A stretch of DNA of 39,472 bases from Vulcanimicrobiales bacterium. Lineage in GTDB: Bacteria > Vulcanimicrobiota > Vulcanimicrobiia > Vulcanimicrobiales > Vulcanimicrobiaceae. The notes below the pieces were generated by a model that saw only the letters and a program-made list of their open reading frames with translations, was not told the origin of the DNA and searched no databases. Positions 18,916 to 28,091 of this stretch are shown in pieces; position 1 is the stretch's first letter; every line of letters starts with the position of its first letter. The translations under genes and the position numbers were made by a program. The stretch spans positions 1-39,472 of the forward strand of contig JBBRLI010000028.1 in the NCBI GenBank assembly GCA_038231455.1, read 5' to 3'.

Positions 18916-19674
18916 TTACGGCTTCTGGACCACCGGTTCGACGAAATCGCCTCGACCGACAGCCGCAGCCCCGGGAGCCGTCAGGTTGAGGAATGCCTGA
19001 ACTTGCTTGCCGTTGGTTTGGGTGATGACGACGATAACTGCGGGTGAGAGTATGCCGCCTTTGGGATCCGCAAAAATACGGAGTTGGCCTCCGACTTCGG
19101 CGTTCATGTCCGGTACGTCGATGTAGATAAACGGCCCGTCCATCCGCGCGACGCGCGAAAAGAGCCGAAGTGTCAGCGGATGACTGGAAAGCTGCTGGCC
19201 GACTTTGCTCCAGGTGACGGACGTATCGGGCTCGTTGTCGCCTTCGTTGGTGATGCGGTAAAGTTCGCTCATAAGCGGGATGCGTTCGTCGGTCGATTGC
19301 GTGCCGGTGATGCAGTTGCTCACCGTGATGTGCGCCTCGCCGTAGTCGCGTAAGGCGTCTCCCGTTTTCTTGGGCAGTCGTGCGAAGGTTGCGTCGATGC
19401 GGTAAGCAGCGCCGGCCGCCTTGCACGCTTCGGTCGTGGTCGGCGCCGTGGCAACGACCGTTTTTTCGGCGCCCACGTATTCGTCGATGAGATGCGCCCA
19501 GAAGTCGGGGGCGATCGCGCCGGTAGCGCCCTCGGCGACGCTCGTATACACGATGGCGGTGATCGGCGCCCGACGGGCGGCCCCGGCCGGTGAGGCCAGG
19601 GCAAGCGCCAGGACCCCCGAAACTAGCCCGATCCGCGCCGGGTTCCAGAAGTTGGAGGTTATTGAAAACCACAT
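18916..19674 (-). CDS. Exported hypothetical protein
   Basis: Signal peptide GLVSGVLALALASPAGA, two Cys, beta-rich C-terminus. 252 aa from ATG 19674 (start uncertain). Confidence 0.7.
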   Translation of the reverse strand: MWFSITSNFWNPARIGLVSGVLALALASPAGAARRAPITAIVYTSVAEGATGAIAPDFWAHLIDEYVGAEKTVVATAPTTTEACKAAGAAYRIDATFARLPKKTGDALRDYGEAHITVSNCITGTQSTDERIPLMSELYRITNEGDNEPDTSVTWSKVGQQLSSHPLTLRLFSRVARMDGPFIYIDVPDMNAEVGGQLRIFADPKGGILSPAVIVVITQTNGKQVQAFLNLTAPGAAAVGRGDFVEPVVQKP

Positions 19675-20010
19675 ATGAGCGCTCTCCCTGATGTCTCTGA
19701 ACATTCATTCAAAGCCGATGTCCTCGGCCACGACCAGCCGGTGCTGGTCGATTTCTGGGCCCCTTGGTGCGGACCGTGCAAAATGCTCGCTCCCGTCGTT
19801 GAGAAAGTTGCCGGCCAACTCGCCGGTAAGATGAAATTCGTCAAACTCAACACCGACGAGGCGCCCTCACTTGCGGGCCAGTACCAAGTATCCGGCATTC
19901 CTTGCCTGATTCTCTTCAAAGACGGCCAAGCGGTCGACCGTATCGTCGGGTTTGTGAATGAATCGACGATCACGTCGATGCTCAGCAAGCACCTGACGGC
20001 CGCCGCGTAG
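19675..20010 (+). CDS. trxA: Thioredoxin
   Basis: 111 aa. VLVDFWAPWCGPCK; cis-Pro loop GIP. Confidence 0.96.
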   Translation: MSALPDVSEHSFKADVLGHDQPVLVDFWAPWCGPCKMLAPVVEKVAGQLAGKMKFVKLNTDEAPSLAGQYQVSGIPCLILFKDGQAVDRIVGFVNESTITSMLSKHLTAAA

Positions 20011-20017
20011 GGCGCGA

Positions 20018-21382
20018 CTGCACAACAACCTCCGCACCGTCCCAGCCGTCCATCGGCTGACGAGTGACCCCCGGGTCGGCGCGTTTGCCGATCTCCTGGG
20101 ATCCGGAATCACGAAGCGCGCGATCGATGCAACACTCGACCGCGCGCGTTCGCGTGTTCGGGCGGATGGCGGCGATGCGCCGACCCTCGATGCGCTCGTT
20201 GCTGAGGTTGTCGCCCGGCTTACCGACGAAGAATCGCACGGTCTTTTACCGGTCCTCAATGGAACCGGTATTTTGTTGCACACCAATTTGGGCCGCGCGC
20301 CGCTTGCGCCCGCGGCGCTCGATGCGATGCACGCCGTCGCCGGCGGATACTCGAATCTGGAATTCGATTTGGAGTCGGGAGAGCGCGGCTCGCGCTACGC
20401 CCGCACGAGCGCACTTTTACGCGAGACCACCGGAGCCGAGGACAGTATCGTTGTGAACAACTGTGCTGCGGCGATCTTGTTGATCCTCGATACGTTCGCG
20501 AAAGATCGCGAAGTGATCGTCTCGCGTAACCAGCTCATCGAAATCGGCGGCGGTTTCCGGCTGCCCGAAGTGCTGCGCCGCAGCGGCGCGACGCTCGTCG
20601 AAGTCGGCGCGACCAACAAAGTGTACATTGCGGATTTCGCGCGTGCGCTTACCGCACGCACGGCGATTCTCATGCGCAGCCATACGTCGAACTATCGCAT
20701 CGAAGGCTTTACGGCTGATGTTGTGCCCGCGGAGCTTGCCGCACTCGGCAAACGTGCCGGTGTGCCGACCGTGGAAGACCTTGGCAGCGGAACGCTCGTC
20801 GATCTGCGTGCGTACGGTCTGCCATACGAACGCACGGTGCGTGAAGTCGTTGCCGATGGGATCGATCTGGTTGCGTTCTCGGGCGATAAGTTGCTCGGCG
20901 GACCGCAGTCGGGGATCATCGTTGGGAAGACGGCGCTCATCAAACGTTTGCGCGGCAATCCGCTACTGCGAGCTCTGCGGGTCGATAAAGCAACGCTCGC
21001 TGCGCTTGCGGCGACGCTGCGTCTCGCGCTCACGCCCGAAACGATGGTGGAGATCCCGTTCTACCGCATGCTCACAACCTCGCTCGGCACGCTGCGAGCC
21101 CGCGGTGATGTGCTCTGCGAGCGCCTCGCCAAAAGCGCGATCGTCGCGCGCGTTGTCGAGAGTAGTGGCTACACCGGCGGCGGCGCTCTACCACTGACCA
21201 CGTTGCCATCGATCGCCCTCGCGCTTCCGAAGCGCGATCCCAACGCCTACGCGCAGCGCTTGCGGGCGCAGCGGCCGCCGCTGATCGGGCGCGTCGACGG
21301 CGATCGGGTGCTCTTGGATTTGCGCACGTTGCCGCCCGAACGCGACGGCGATGTCGCAACGCTCATCGAACACGTTCGCTAA
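20018..21382 (+). CDS. selA: L-seryl-tRNA(Sec) selenium transferase (probable CTG start)
   Basis: N-terminal LRTVPAVHRL, VLNGTGILLHTNLGRAPL, YSNLEFDL, EIGGGFR, PLP motif FSGDKLLGGPQ. 454 aa from CTG 20018. Confidence 0.95.
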   Translation: MHNNLRTVPAVHRLTSDPRVGAFADLLGSGITKRAIDATLDRARSRVRADGGDAPTLDALVAEVVARLTDEESHGLLPVLNGTGILLHTNLGRAPLAPAALDAMHAVAGGYSNLEFDLESGERGSRYARTSALLRETTGAEDSIVVNNCAAAILLILDTFAKDREVIVSRNQLIEIGGGFRLPEVLRRSGATLVEVGATNKVYIADFARALTARTAILMRSHTSNYRIEGFTADVVPAELAALGKRAGVPTVEDLGSGTLVDLRAYGLPYERTVREVVADGIDLVAFSGDKLLGGPQSGIIVGKTALIKRLRGNPLLRALRVDKATLAALAATLRLALTPETMVEIPFYRMLTTSLGTLRARGDVLCERLAKSAIVARVVESSGYTGGGALPLTTLPSIALALPKRDPNAYAQRLRAQRPPLIGRVDGDRVLLDLRTLPPERDGDVATLIEHVR

Positions 21383-21383
21383 G

Positions 21384-23240
21384 ATGCACATCATCGGTAC
21401 CGCGGGTCACGTCGACCACGGCAAGTCTTCGCTCGTACGCGCCCTCACGGGTACCGATCCGGACCGCTGGATCGAGGAACAACTGCGCGGTATGACCCTT
21501 GACCTCGGGTTCGCGCATTTGCGCTTCCCCGACGGCGTCGATGCAGGGATCGTCGACGTCCCCGGACACGAACGGTTTCTGCACAACATGCTGGCGGGAG
21601 CTGCGGGAATGGAACTTTTGCTGCTCGTGGTCGCGGCGAACGAAGGTCCGCGTCCGCAAACGCTCGAGCATCTCGCCATCCTCGATTACCTCAACGTCAA
21701 GCGCGCGATCATCGTGCTCACCAAGAGCGATCTCGTCGATAAAGAAGAGCTCGCATTCGTCGAAGAACTCGTGCGCGAACAAACGCGTGGAACGCTCGCG
21801 GCCGACGCGCGCGCAATCGGCGTCTCGGTGCTCACGGGCGCCGGACTCGACGACCTACGCGCGGCGATTCACGATGCACTCGTCGAGCTGCCGCGGCGCG
21901 CGCCAGATGCGCCCGCGTTCTTGCCGATCGATCGCGTCTTCGCGCTTGCCGGACACGGGACGATCGTTACGGGGACACTCATGCAGGGCAAGATCGCCGT
22001 CGGCGATGCGCTCACGCTTCAGCCCAGCGGGAAAAACGTACGCGTACGCAGCCTGCAAGTCTTCGGCGAAAAGCGTGAGTCGATCGATGGCGGCGCGCGC
22101 GTTGCAGCAAATATTCCTGGCGTCGATGTTGCCGATATCGTGCGCGGCGACGTACTCGCGGCGCCCGAATTCGCCGCAAGCGACCGCTTCCGCGTGCGCT
22201 TCTCCCCCCGCGCCGATGCGCTCGCCGCGCTGCGTCGCCGTCAGCCCGTGCGCGCCTATATCGGCTCGGCCGAGCTGCTCGGAACGCTCGTCTTCGATGC
22301 CGTGCCGACCGCGACCGATGCGGTCGATGCGCAACTGTTCTTGCGTCGCCCGACAATTGCGTTTCCCGGTGAGACGTACGTCGTGCGGCGTCTCTCACCC
22401 AAAGACTTGCTTGGCGGGGGGACGCTCGAACTCGGCGACGCTCCCCTTGCGGAATCGGCGCACGATGATGCTCCCGACATCGCGGCCGTGGCGCGCGCGC
22501 TGCGCGAAACGCAACTGGTCGCACGCCCAATCAAAGAAATCGCTGCCGTCGCAAACCTGCGCGAAGATCGCGTCGAAGAGATCCTTACCGAACTGATCGC
22601 CGAACGCCGCGCCCGCAAATTGACGAAACCCGTCGCCTACATCGACGGTGCGACGACGGACGTGCTCGTCGCGCGTGTTCTCGACGCGCTGGTGCTCAAG
22701 CATGCTGCCGAACCGTGGAGCCTCGGGCTCACCTCGCTTGCACTCGCACGCCAATTGAGCGTCGATGAGTCGCTGCTCGTGCGCATTCTTGCAAGCTACG
22801 TTGAAGATGCGCAACTCGCGTATCGCGCCGGTTACTATGCAACGCTCGCGTTCAGCCCGCGTCTCTCCGAAGAGCAGCGTGCATTTTTCGACCGCTATGT
22901 CGTCCTCGATCCGACGCAGCCGTTTTTGCCGGGCTCGCTCGACGCGCTCGTAACTGAAGTGAAGCGCACGAAACTCCCCGGAGTTTCGCAAGCGCTCGAT
23001 ACGCTCGTCGCAACCGGTGCCCTCGTCAAGGTCGGCGATGCGGTGTACCGCGGCACGCAGGTGGCCGACGTGCGAGGTCAGCTCGAAGCGTTTTTACGCA
23101 AAGAGAAGCAAATCACGATGGCGCAGTTCCGCGACATCGTCGGCACGTCGCGCAAATATGCGGTTCCACTGCTCGAATGGTTCGACGCTACGGGTGTTAC
23201 GGTGCGCTCGGGCGATCTGCGCATGTTACGCTCGCGCTAG
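21384..23240 (+). CDS. selB: Selenocysteine-specific elongation factor
   Basis: 618 aa from ATG 21384. [30 protein letters not shown]-terminal winged helix [13 protein letters not shown]. Confidence 0.97.
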   Translation: MHIIGTAGHVDHGKSSLVRALTGTDPDRWIEEQLRGMTLDLGFAHLRFPDGVDAGIVDVPGHERFLHNMLAGAAGMELLLLVVAANEGPRPQTLEHLAILDYLNVKRAIIVLTKSDLVDKEELAFVEELVREQTRGTLAADARAIGVSVLTGAGLDDLRAAIHDALVELPRRAPDAPAFLPIDRVFALAGHGTIVTGTLMQGKIAVGDALTLQPSGKNVRVRSLQVFGEKRESIDGGARVAANIPGVDVADIVRGDVLAAPEFAASDRFRVRFSPRADALAALRRRQPVRAYIGSAELLGTLVFDAVPTATDAVDAQLFLRRPTIAFPGETYVVRRLSPKDLLGGGTLELGDAPLAESAHDDAPDIAAVARALRETQLVARPIKEIAAVANLREDRVEEILTELIAERRARKLTKPVAYIDGATTDVLVARVLDALVLKHAAEPWSLGLTSLALARQLSVDESLLVRILASYVEDAQLAYRAGYYATLAFSPRLSEEQRAFFDRYVVLDPTQPFLPGSLDALVTEVKRTKLPGVSQALDTLVATGALVKVGDAVYRGTQVADVRGQLEAFLRKEKQITMAQFRDIVGTSRKYAVPLLEWFDATGVTVRSGDLRMLRSR

Positions 23241-23250
23241 TCGCGCGAGT

Positions 23251-24114
23251 TTAGTGCTTTTCTGTTCGGAGCGACGTCGCGTTCGCGTAGGAGCGGCGGC
23301 GGGCGCGTTTTGCTTGCGCGATTGTCGCACTGTCCACGTTCCGTAAGAACGCCGACTCCGTCGATTCCAAGAGCGGAACGTTCGGCCGGTTGTCGAGCGT
23401 CGGGACGATCGAACGGGAGATTTGCGCGAACGTCGATTTCCCACCGAGATCGACGGAAAGCAGCGGTCCACTCGCTGCCCAGCGCGGTCCGAGCGCATGT
23501 TCCATCACGGCATCGATTTCCGCTGCCGTTACGACGCCCGACTCAACGAGGGAGAGCGCTTCGCGCAAGATCGCGAACTGCAAGCGATTGACGATGAAGC
23601 CGGTCACCGGCTCGCGCAACCGAATTGGCTGCATTGCGATGCGGCGCAACCACGCTTCAACGACTTCACTTGCAATCGGATCGACGCGCGTCGGCAAGAT
23701 CAGTTCGGCAAGCGAGACGATCGTCACCGGATGTACGAAGTGCGCCACGATTAGGCGTCCTGGATGCTTCATTCCGACACCGAGTTCGTCAGGCGGAAAC
23801 GACGATGTTCCCGAGGCAATCGGCACGTGGTCGGGGATCACGGCTTCGAGTTCGGCGAAGAGTGCGCGCTTGAGCCCGAGGTCTTCGGGGATTGCCTCGC
23901 AGACGATCTCCGCGTTGCGCAGCATCGAGATGTCCGTGACGATGCGAATCCGCTGCACGTACATCACATCGTCATGTTCTTCGGCGGCAGCGTTGAGTGC
24001 CAACCGCGCGCGCCCGGTATGCCGCGCAACCAGCGTGACCGTGCAGCCGTGCGCAGCGCAGCGCAGCGCAAGTCGCGTTCCCATGATTCCGGCACCGACG
24101 ATCGCGACGCGCAT
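23251..24114 (-). CDS. 3-hydroxyacyl-CoA dehydrogenase family protein (L-gulonate/carnitine dehydrogenase-like)
   Basis: 287 aa from ATG 24114. GAGIMG, EAIPEDLGLK, SGTSS, HFVHP, GFIVNRLQ, GPRW..SGP. Confidence 0.85.
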   Translation of the reverse strand: MRVAIVGAGIMGTRLALRCAAHGCTVTLVARHTGRARLALNAAAEEHDDVMYVQRIRIVTDISMLRNAEIVCEAIPEDLGLKRALFAELEAVIPDHVPIASGTSSFPPDELGVGMKHPGRLIVAHFVHPVTIVSLAELILPTRVDPIASEVVEAWLRRIAMQPIRLREPVTGFIVNRLQFAILREALSLVESGVVTAAEIDAVMEHALGPRWAASGPLLSVDLGGKSTFAQISRSIVPTLDNRPNVPLLESTESAFLRNVDSATIAQAKRARRRSYANATSLRTEKH

Positions 24115-25454
24115 CAGACGCCCACCGCTGCACGAAAAAACGCATCTTGTTCGCGCCGGAGTTTCCACACTAACGCGGATTCGTCGATTGCGACATCGTC
24201 TTCTCGGATCGGATGGTCGATCCCGACATCGCGTGTGAGCCTGCAACCGTTGGCAAGTCCCATCGGTACGAGCCGTTCCGCGCGCGCGCGCTCCGCGCTC
24301 ACGATCGTTCCGTAGACGGCATAGCCGCCCTCGCCGTCGATGATGTCGCCCGCGTGCATCGGTGCGCGCGTCGCGCACACGACCTCGGCTTGCGGACCGT
24401 AACTCGGCGCGCCGGTGGCCTCCCCGCGGCAGGCAATGCTGGCAATCGACACACCGACTTCGAGACCAATAAGGTGATACGGGCGCCACATCGCTGCATA
24501 GCGGCCGCTCGGGTCGGTCGGAAGACCGTATTCATCGAAGCACCGCACGCTGTACGGTTCGTCGGACGTAAAGACAACATATACGCCCCAGCGTAAGTGA
24601 TTTTCCACAAAATGTCCGTCAGGATCCATACAACTTACGACATCGGCGATGCCGTTGGCCCCGGCGAAGTACGCGGCAAGTTTGTCAGAGGGAACCGCCG
24701 CAAACGAAAGTCCGTCTTCGGGCACGCGTAGCCCCGTCGCGTTGGCGACGGCGACCATTTCGATTGCCGACTTGGTCCCATCCAGAAACGAGTTGAACAT
24801 CTTGGGATTGAAACCGCCGGTGGCGATCTGGTCGGGCGTAAAGCCGTAGTAGTCAAAGGCCGTCTGCGGCGTGCTGCGGCGATATTTGGAAAGATACTTG
24901 GTGCCTTTGCCCGCTGCGACGACGCGAAAGCCGCACGTGCGCGCCCAGTCGACGAGTTCGCAGATGATCGCCGGCTGATCGCCATACGCCATGCTGTAGA
25001 TCACGCCGCGTCGACGCGCGAGTTCGTGCAGATACGGACCTACGACGACGTCGGCTTCGACCGTCACCATGATCACGTGATGGCCGGCGTCGATCGCCGC
25101 GAACGCGTGCCGCGCGCCGGCTTCTTCATGTCCGGTTGCTTCGATCACAAGATCGACCTCGCACTGAGCGGCGAGCGTGCCGAAATCGACGAGAGCGGTT
25201 TTTCCACTGCGAATCGTATCGTTTGCGGAACCGAGATCCGAGACCAGCTCGAAACGCTCCGCCGGCCATCCACATCGTAACGCCGCGCCCCAAGCTCGCT
25301 CGACATCGAGATCCGCGAGCACCGCGAGTTGCACGCCGCGCATCAAACGCAGTTGCGAGAGAATCATCGTGCCGAATTTTCCGGCACCGATCAGCGCGAC
25401 ACGAACCGGTGTTCCATCGGCGTCGCGTTTGGCAAGCAGCGCGGCTAGGTTCAC
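24114..25454 (-). CDS. NAD(P)-dependent oxidoreductase with C-terminal SAF domain (COG4091-like)
   Basis: GTG 25454 after GAGGA, 446 aa. GAGKFG, VEADVVVGP, GDQP, GKGTKY, SFLDGTKS, RPYHLIGLE, DGEGGY. Confidence 0.88.
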   Translation of the reverse strand: MNLAALLAKRDADGTPVRVALIGAGKFGTMILSQLRLMRGVQLAVLADLDVERAWGAALRCGWPAERFELVSDLGSANDTIRSGKTALVDFGTLAAQCEVDLVIEATGHEEAGARHAFAAIDAGHHVIMVTVEADVVVGPYLHELARRRGVIYSMAYGDQPAIICELVDWARTCGFRVVAAGKGTKYLSKYRRSTPQTAFDYYGFTPDQIATGGFNPKMFNSFLDGTKSAIEMVAVANATGLRVPEDGLSFAAVPSDKLAAYFAGANGIADVVSCMDPDGHFVENHLRWGVYVVFTSDEPYSVRCFDEYGLPTDPSGRYAAMWRPYHLIGLEVGVSIASIACRGEATGAPSYGPQAEVVCATRAPMHAGDIIDGEGGYAVYGTIVSAERARAERLVPMGLANGCRLTRDVGIDHPIREDDVAIDESALVWKLRREQDAFFRAAVGV

Positions 25455-25521
25455 AGTCGTCCTCTGCGGCATTGGGGGACCACATCAATTGGCCACCCTC
25501 CGCCGGACGCCTATCGCCGTC

Positions 25522-26679
25522 CTACGTAATTGTGAAACCCGAAATGGTGCCGACCGTCCCGTCGGTGTAGGTAATGGTTCCGTTACCGAACGCATCGATC
25601 GTGAAGTTCCCAACGGTTGTCCCGTCGCGCGCGATCGTCCCGGTGTATCCTTGTGCCGTCGGTGTTATTGTCGTCGTGAGATGGGTCGTCGCATCGGTGG
25701 TCGTGAGCGTTCCTGTCACGCTCGATCCGGTGAAGGTCAGGGTTTCGGCAATCGTTCCGGCCGAAATCGTCGTTCCGCCTGTCAGCGTCGGCGGCGGTGT
25801 CGAATTCAGCGCGATAGAGCCGGGCGCACCGTAGAGGAGACGATAGCTTCCGGTGGCGCCGATCGTCGTCGTCGTGGCGGTCGTCGTGACGGTTTGCGTG
25901 AGCGCCGTGATTTCGCCGATTTCGGTCGCGCCGCCGGCGGGTGTGAAGATAGCCGCTTGGGTGCACGGGCCGCTGACGCTCGCGCCGCTCAGTGCGAGCG
26001 TGCATGCATAGGAAACGCTCTCGTACGGCGGGCTGCTCGCACTGGGTGCGATGGACTCGGTGATCGCCTCCGTGACGCCCGTGGGGGTGGCTGCGCGCAA
26101 CGAACCGGTAATGTGGCTCGTGTCGGCAACGGTGCCGTTCCGATTGTAGAACGTCGCGGCTGCATCGAGGGTGACGCCGAGGGGTTGTGACTGATATGTG
26201 AGTCGATCGATCACGTCGCTTGCGACTTGCGTGCAAGCGGAATCGTAGTAAATTTTGGCCTCGGTCGTCTCTCCGGTTGGCGACTGCGCCAGGACGTCGA
26301 GCGTTTGGAAGTTCGTACAGGAGAGCGATTTGCTGGTGCGCCCCGCAAATAATGACGCGGCGTGACGATTGAAGGAGAGCAACGCGGGCCCGGTTCCCGA
26401 TGCGAAAGCGTGGTCGATCACGCCGATGGCGAGCACCGATGTAGCTGACTGCGCGGAGGCCCGCTGCACGGTTGGAGCCACCGCGCTCGTCGTCGGCACG
26501 GGGACGGGCGGCCCGGTCGGCGCGGGTGTCGGCGTCGCAGTGGGAACGGGCGCGGGGGTCGATGCGCCTCCGCCACCGGATGAGGAACCGGCACCACTGG
26601 CACTGCCAGCGCCACCGCCGCCACAGGCGGCAAACGCGAGTGTCGATGCGAGAACGAGCAGCGTGCGAATGAACCTCAC
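25522..26679 (-). CDS. Thr-rich lipoprotein, hypothetical
   Basis: GTG 26679 after GGAGA, 385 aa. Lipobox FAAC, Gly/Ser and Pro-Thr linker, beta-rich body with four further Cys. Confidence 0.8.
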   Translation of the reverse strand: MRFIRTLLVLASTLAFAACGGGGAGSASGAGSSSGGGGASTPAPVPTATPTPAPTGPPVPVPTTSAVAPTVQRASAQSATSVLAIGVIDHAFASGTGPALLSFNRHAASLFAGRTSKSLSCTNFQTLDVLAQSPTGETTEAKIYYDSACTQVASDVIDRLTYQSQPLGVTLDAAATFYNRNGTVADTSHITGSLRAATPTGVTEAITESIAPSASSPPYESVSYACTLALSGASVSGPCTQAAIFTPAGGATEIGEITALTQTVTTTATTTTIGATGSYRLLYGAPGSIALNSTPPPTLTGGTTISAGTIAETLTFTGSSVTGTLTTTDATTHLTTTITPTAQGYTGTIARDGTTVGNFTIDAFGNGTITYTDGTVGTISGFTIT

Positions 26680-26778
26680 AGGTTCTCCATCGGCGCGAAA
26701 CCGCGATCTCGCTATCGTCAAGCGCAAACTCGCTCTCTTGGGCGAGGGCAGCTGCGCTTTCGTGCGAACGCATGGGCG

Positions 26779-28080
26779 ATGTTCGGTTGCAGCGAGCACT
26801 GGCTCAACAAACGCTTTTCCCACGCGAAGACCGAGTTTCTGCTCGGTTCAAAGATGCGCGGCGAACTTGTAACGCACGACGCACTCGATGCATCGGCATT
26901 CACACTCGGTTACGAGAACTGGCGCGACGCGCGTGCGCTAGCGGCGCGACGCGGTGAGGACCACCACCAACTTGCCGATGCAACCTCGCCTGCGGGATCG
27001 GGTGCCGGCAGCGCGGGTGGCAATCCGCTCGGCGGTTCGGCTGGCGGCGGCGGAGCGCCGCCTCGCGGCGACGACCCGTATCCGTGGAATACGACGACCA
27101 ATCGCGTTCCGCTCGGACGCACGTGGACGATCCCCTCGACGGCCGAGACGGTCGAACTTGGACAGTTCGATCCCAAGCGTGCGCCGATCGTCACGATCGA
27201 ATCCGGGGATGTCTTGCAATACGTCGACACCTGGACGCACTTTTTGGGCGCGCTTCAACCCGGCGTTTCGATCGAAGCGCTCGCCGAGATGCGCAAGAAA
27301 AACCCCGGCCGCGGCGTGCACAGCATCATCGGACCGATCGCCGTGCGCGGTGCGAAACCCGGCGATCTGCTCGAAGTGCGTTTTCTCGATCTCCGGACGA
27401 TCGACTTCGGTGCGAATTTTCACAATGCCGGCGAACTCCGCACCGGTGCCCTTCCGGATGAATTCCACGACGGCCACGTGCACTATTTCGATCTACACGG
27501 GGGTGCGGGCTACGTGGAGTTCGCGCCGCACATCAAACTCGAGATGCGCCCGTTTCAGGGGACCTTCGGCGTCGCGGCGGCGGGCGATGCGGCGATCAGT
27601 TCGGTCGCGCCGCACCAGCATGCCGGCAATATCGATGTGAAGGAAATGATCGCGGGAACAACGCTGTTTATCCCCGTCTTCCACGACGGCGCACTGATCT
27701 TCACCGGCGATTCCCACGCTCTGCAGGGCGACGGCGAAGTGAATATCACCGCGATCGAAACCGCAATGGAAGAAGTGCTCTGCCAGGTGATCCTTCATCC
27801 GCGCGCCGGCTATTCGTGGCCGATGATCGAGACGAAAACGCACTGGTTGATGCTCGGCATGGATCCGAATCTCAACGATGCGCTGCGCATCGCACTTCGC
27901 AACACGATCGACTTTCTCTCGGCAAAAGCCGCGCTCACGCGCGATCAGGCCTACTCCCTTGCGAGTATTGGCGTCGACTTCCGCGTCTCGCAGATGGTCG
28001 ATGTCAATAATGGCATTCACGCGATGATCCCCAAATCGATCTTCGCGCCGGATTTTCTGGCGACGATGGCGATCGTCTAA
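26779..28080 (+). CDS. Acetamidase/formamidase family protein
   Basis: GPIAVRGAKPGD, PFQGTFGVA, GNIDVKE, GDSHALQGDGE, QAYSLAS, SQMVD. Long N-terminal extension. Confidence 0.9.
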   Translation: MFGCSEHWLNKRFSHAKTEFLLGSKMRGELVTHDALDASAFTLGYENWRDARALAARRGEDHHQLADATSPAGSGAGSAGGNPLGGSAGGGGAPPRGDDPYPWNTTTNRVPLGRTWTIPSTAETVELGQFDPKRAPIVTIESGDVLQYVDTWTHFLGALQPGVSIEALAEMRKKNPGRGVHSIIGPIAVRGAKPGDLLEVRFLDLRTIDFGANFHNAGELRTGALPDEFHDGHVHYFDLHGGAGYVEFAPHIKLEMRPFQGTFGVAAAGDAAISSVAPHQHAGNIDVKEMIAGTTLFIPVFHDGALIFTGDSHALQGDGEVNITAIETAMEEVLCQVILHPRAGYSWPMIETKTHWLMLGMDPNLNDALRIALRNTIDFLSAKAALTRDQAYSLASIGVDFRVSQMVDVNNGIHAMIPKSIFAPDFLATMAIV

Positions 28081-28091
28081 GGCACGGCTCG

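Noticed and set aside
19675-23260. tRNA-Sec, selD or a UGA-readthrough selenoprotein near selAB
   Set aside because: No tRNA-like TTCAAA arm context was found. The TGA stops examined end complete proteins, mostly overlapping the next start. A dedicated SECIS search was not possible.
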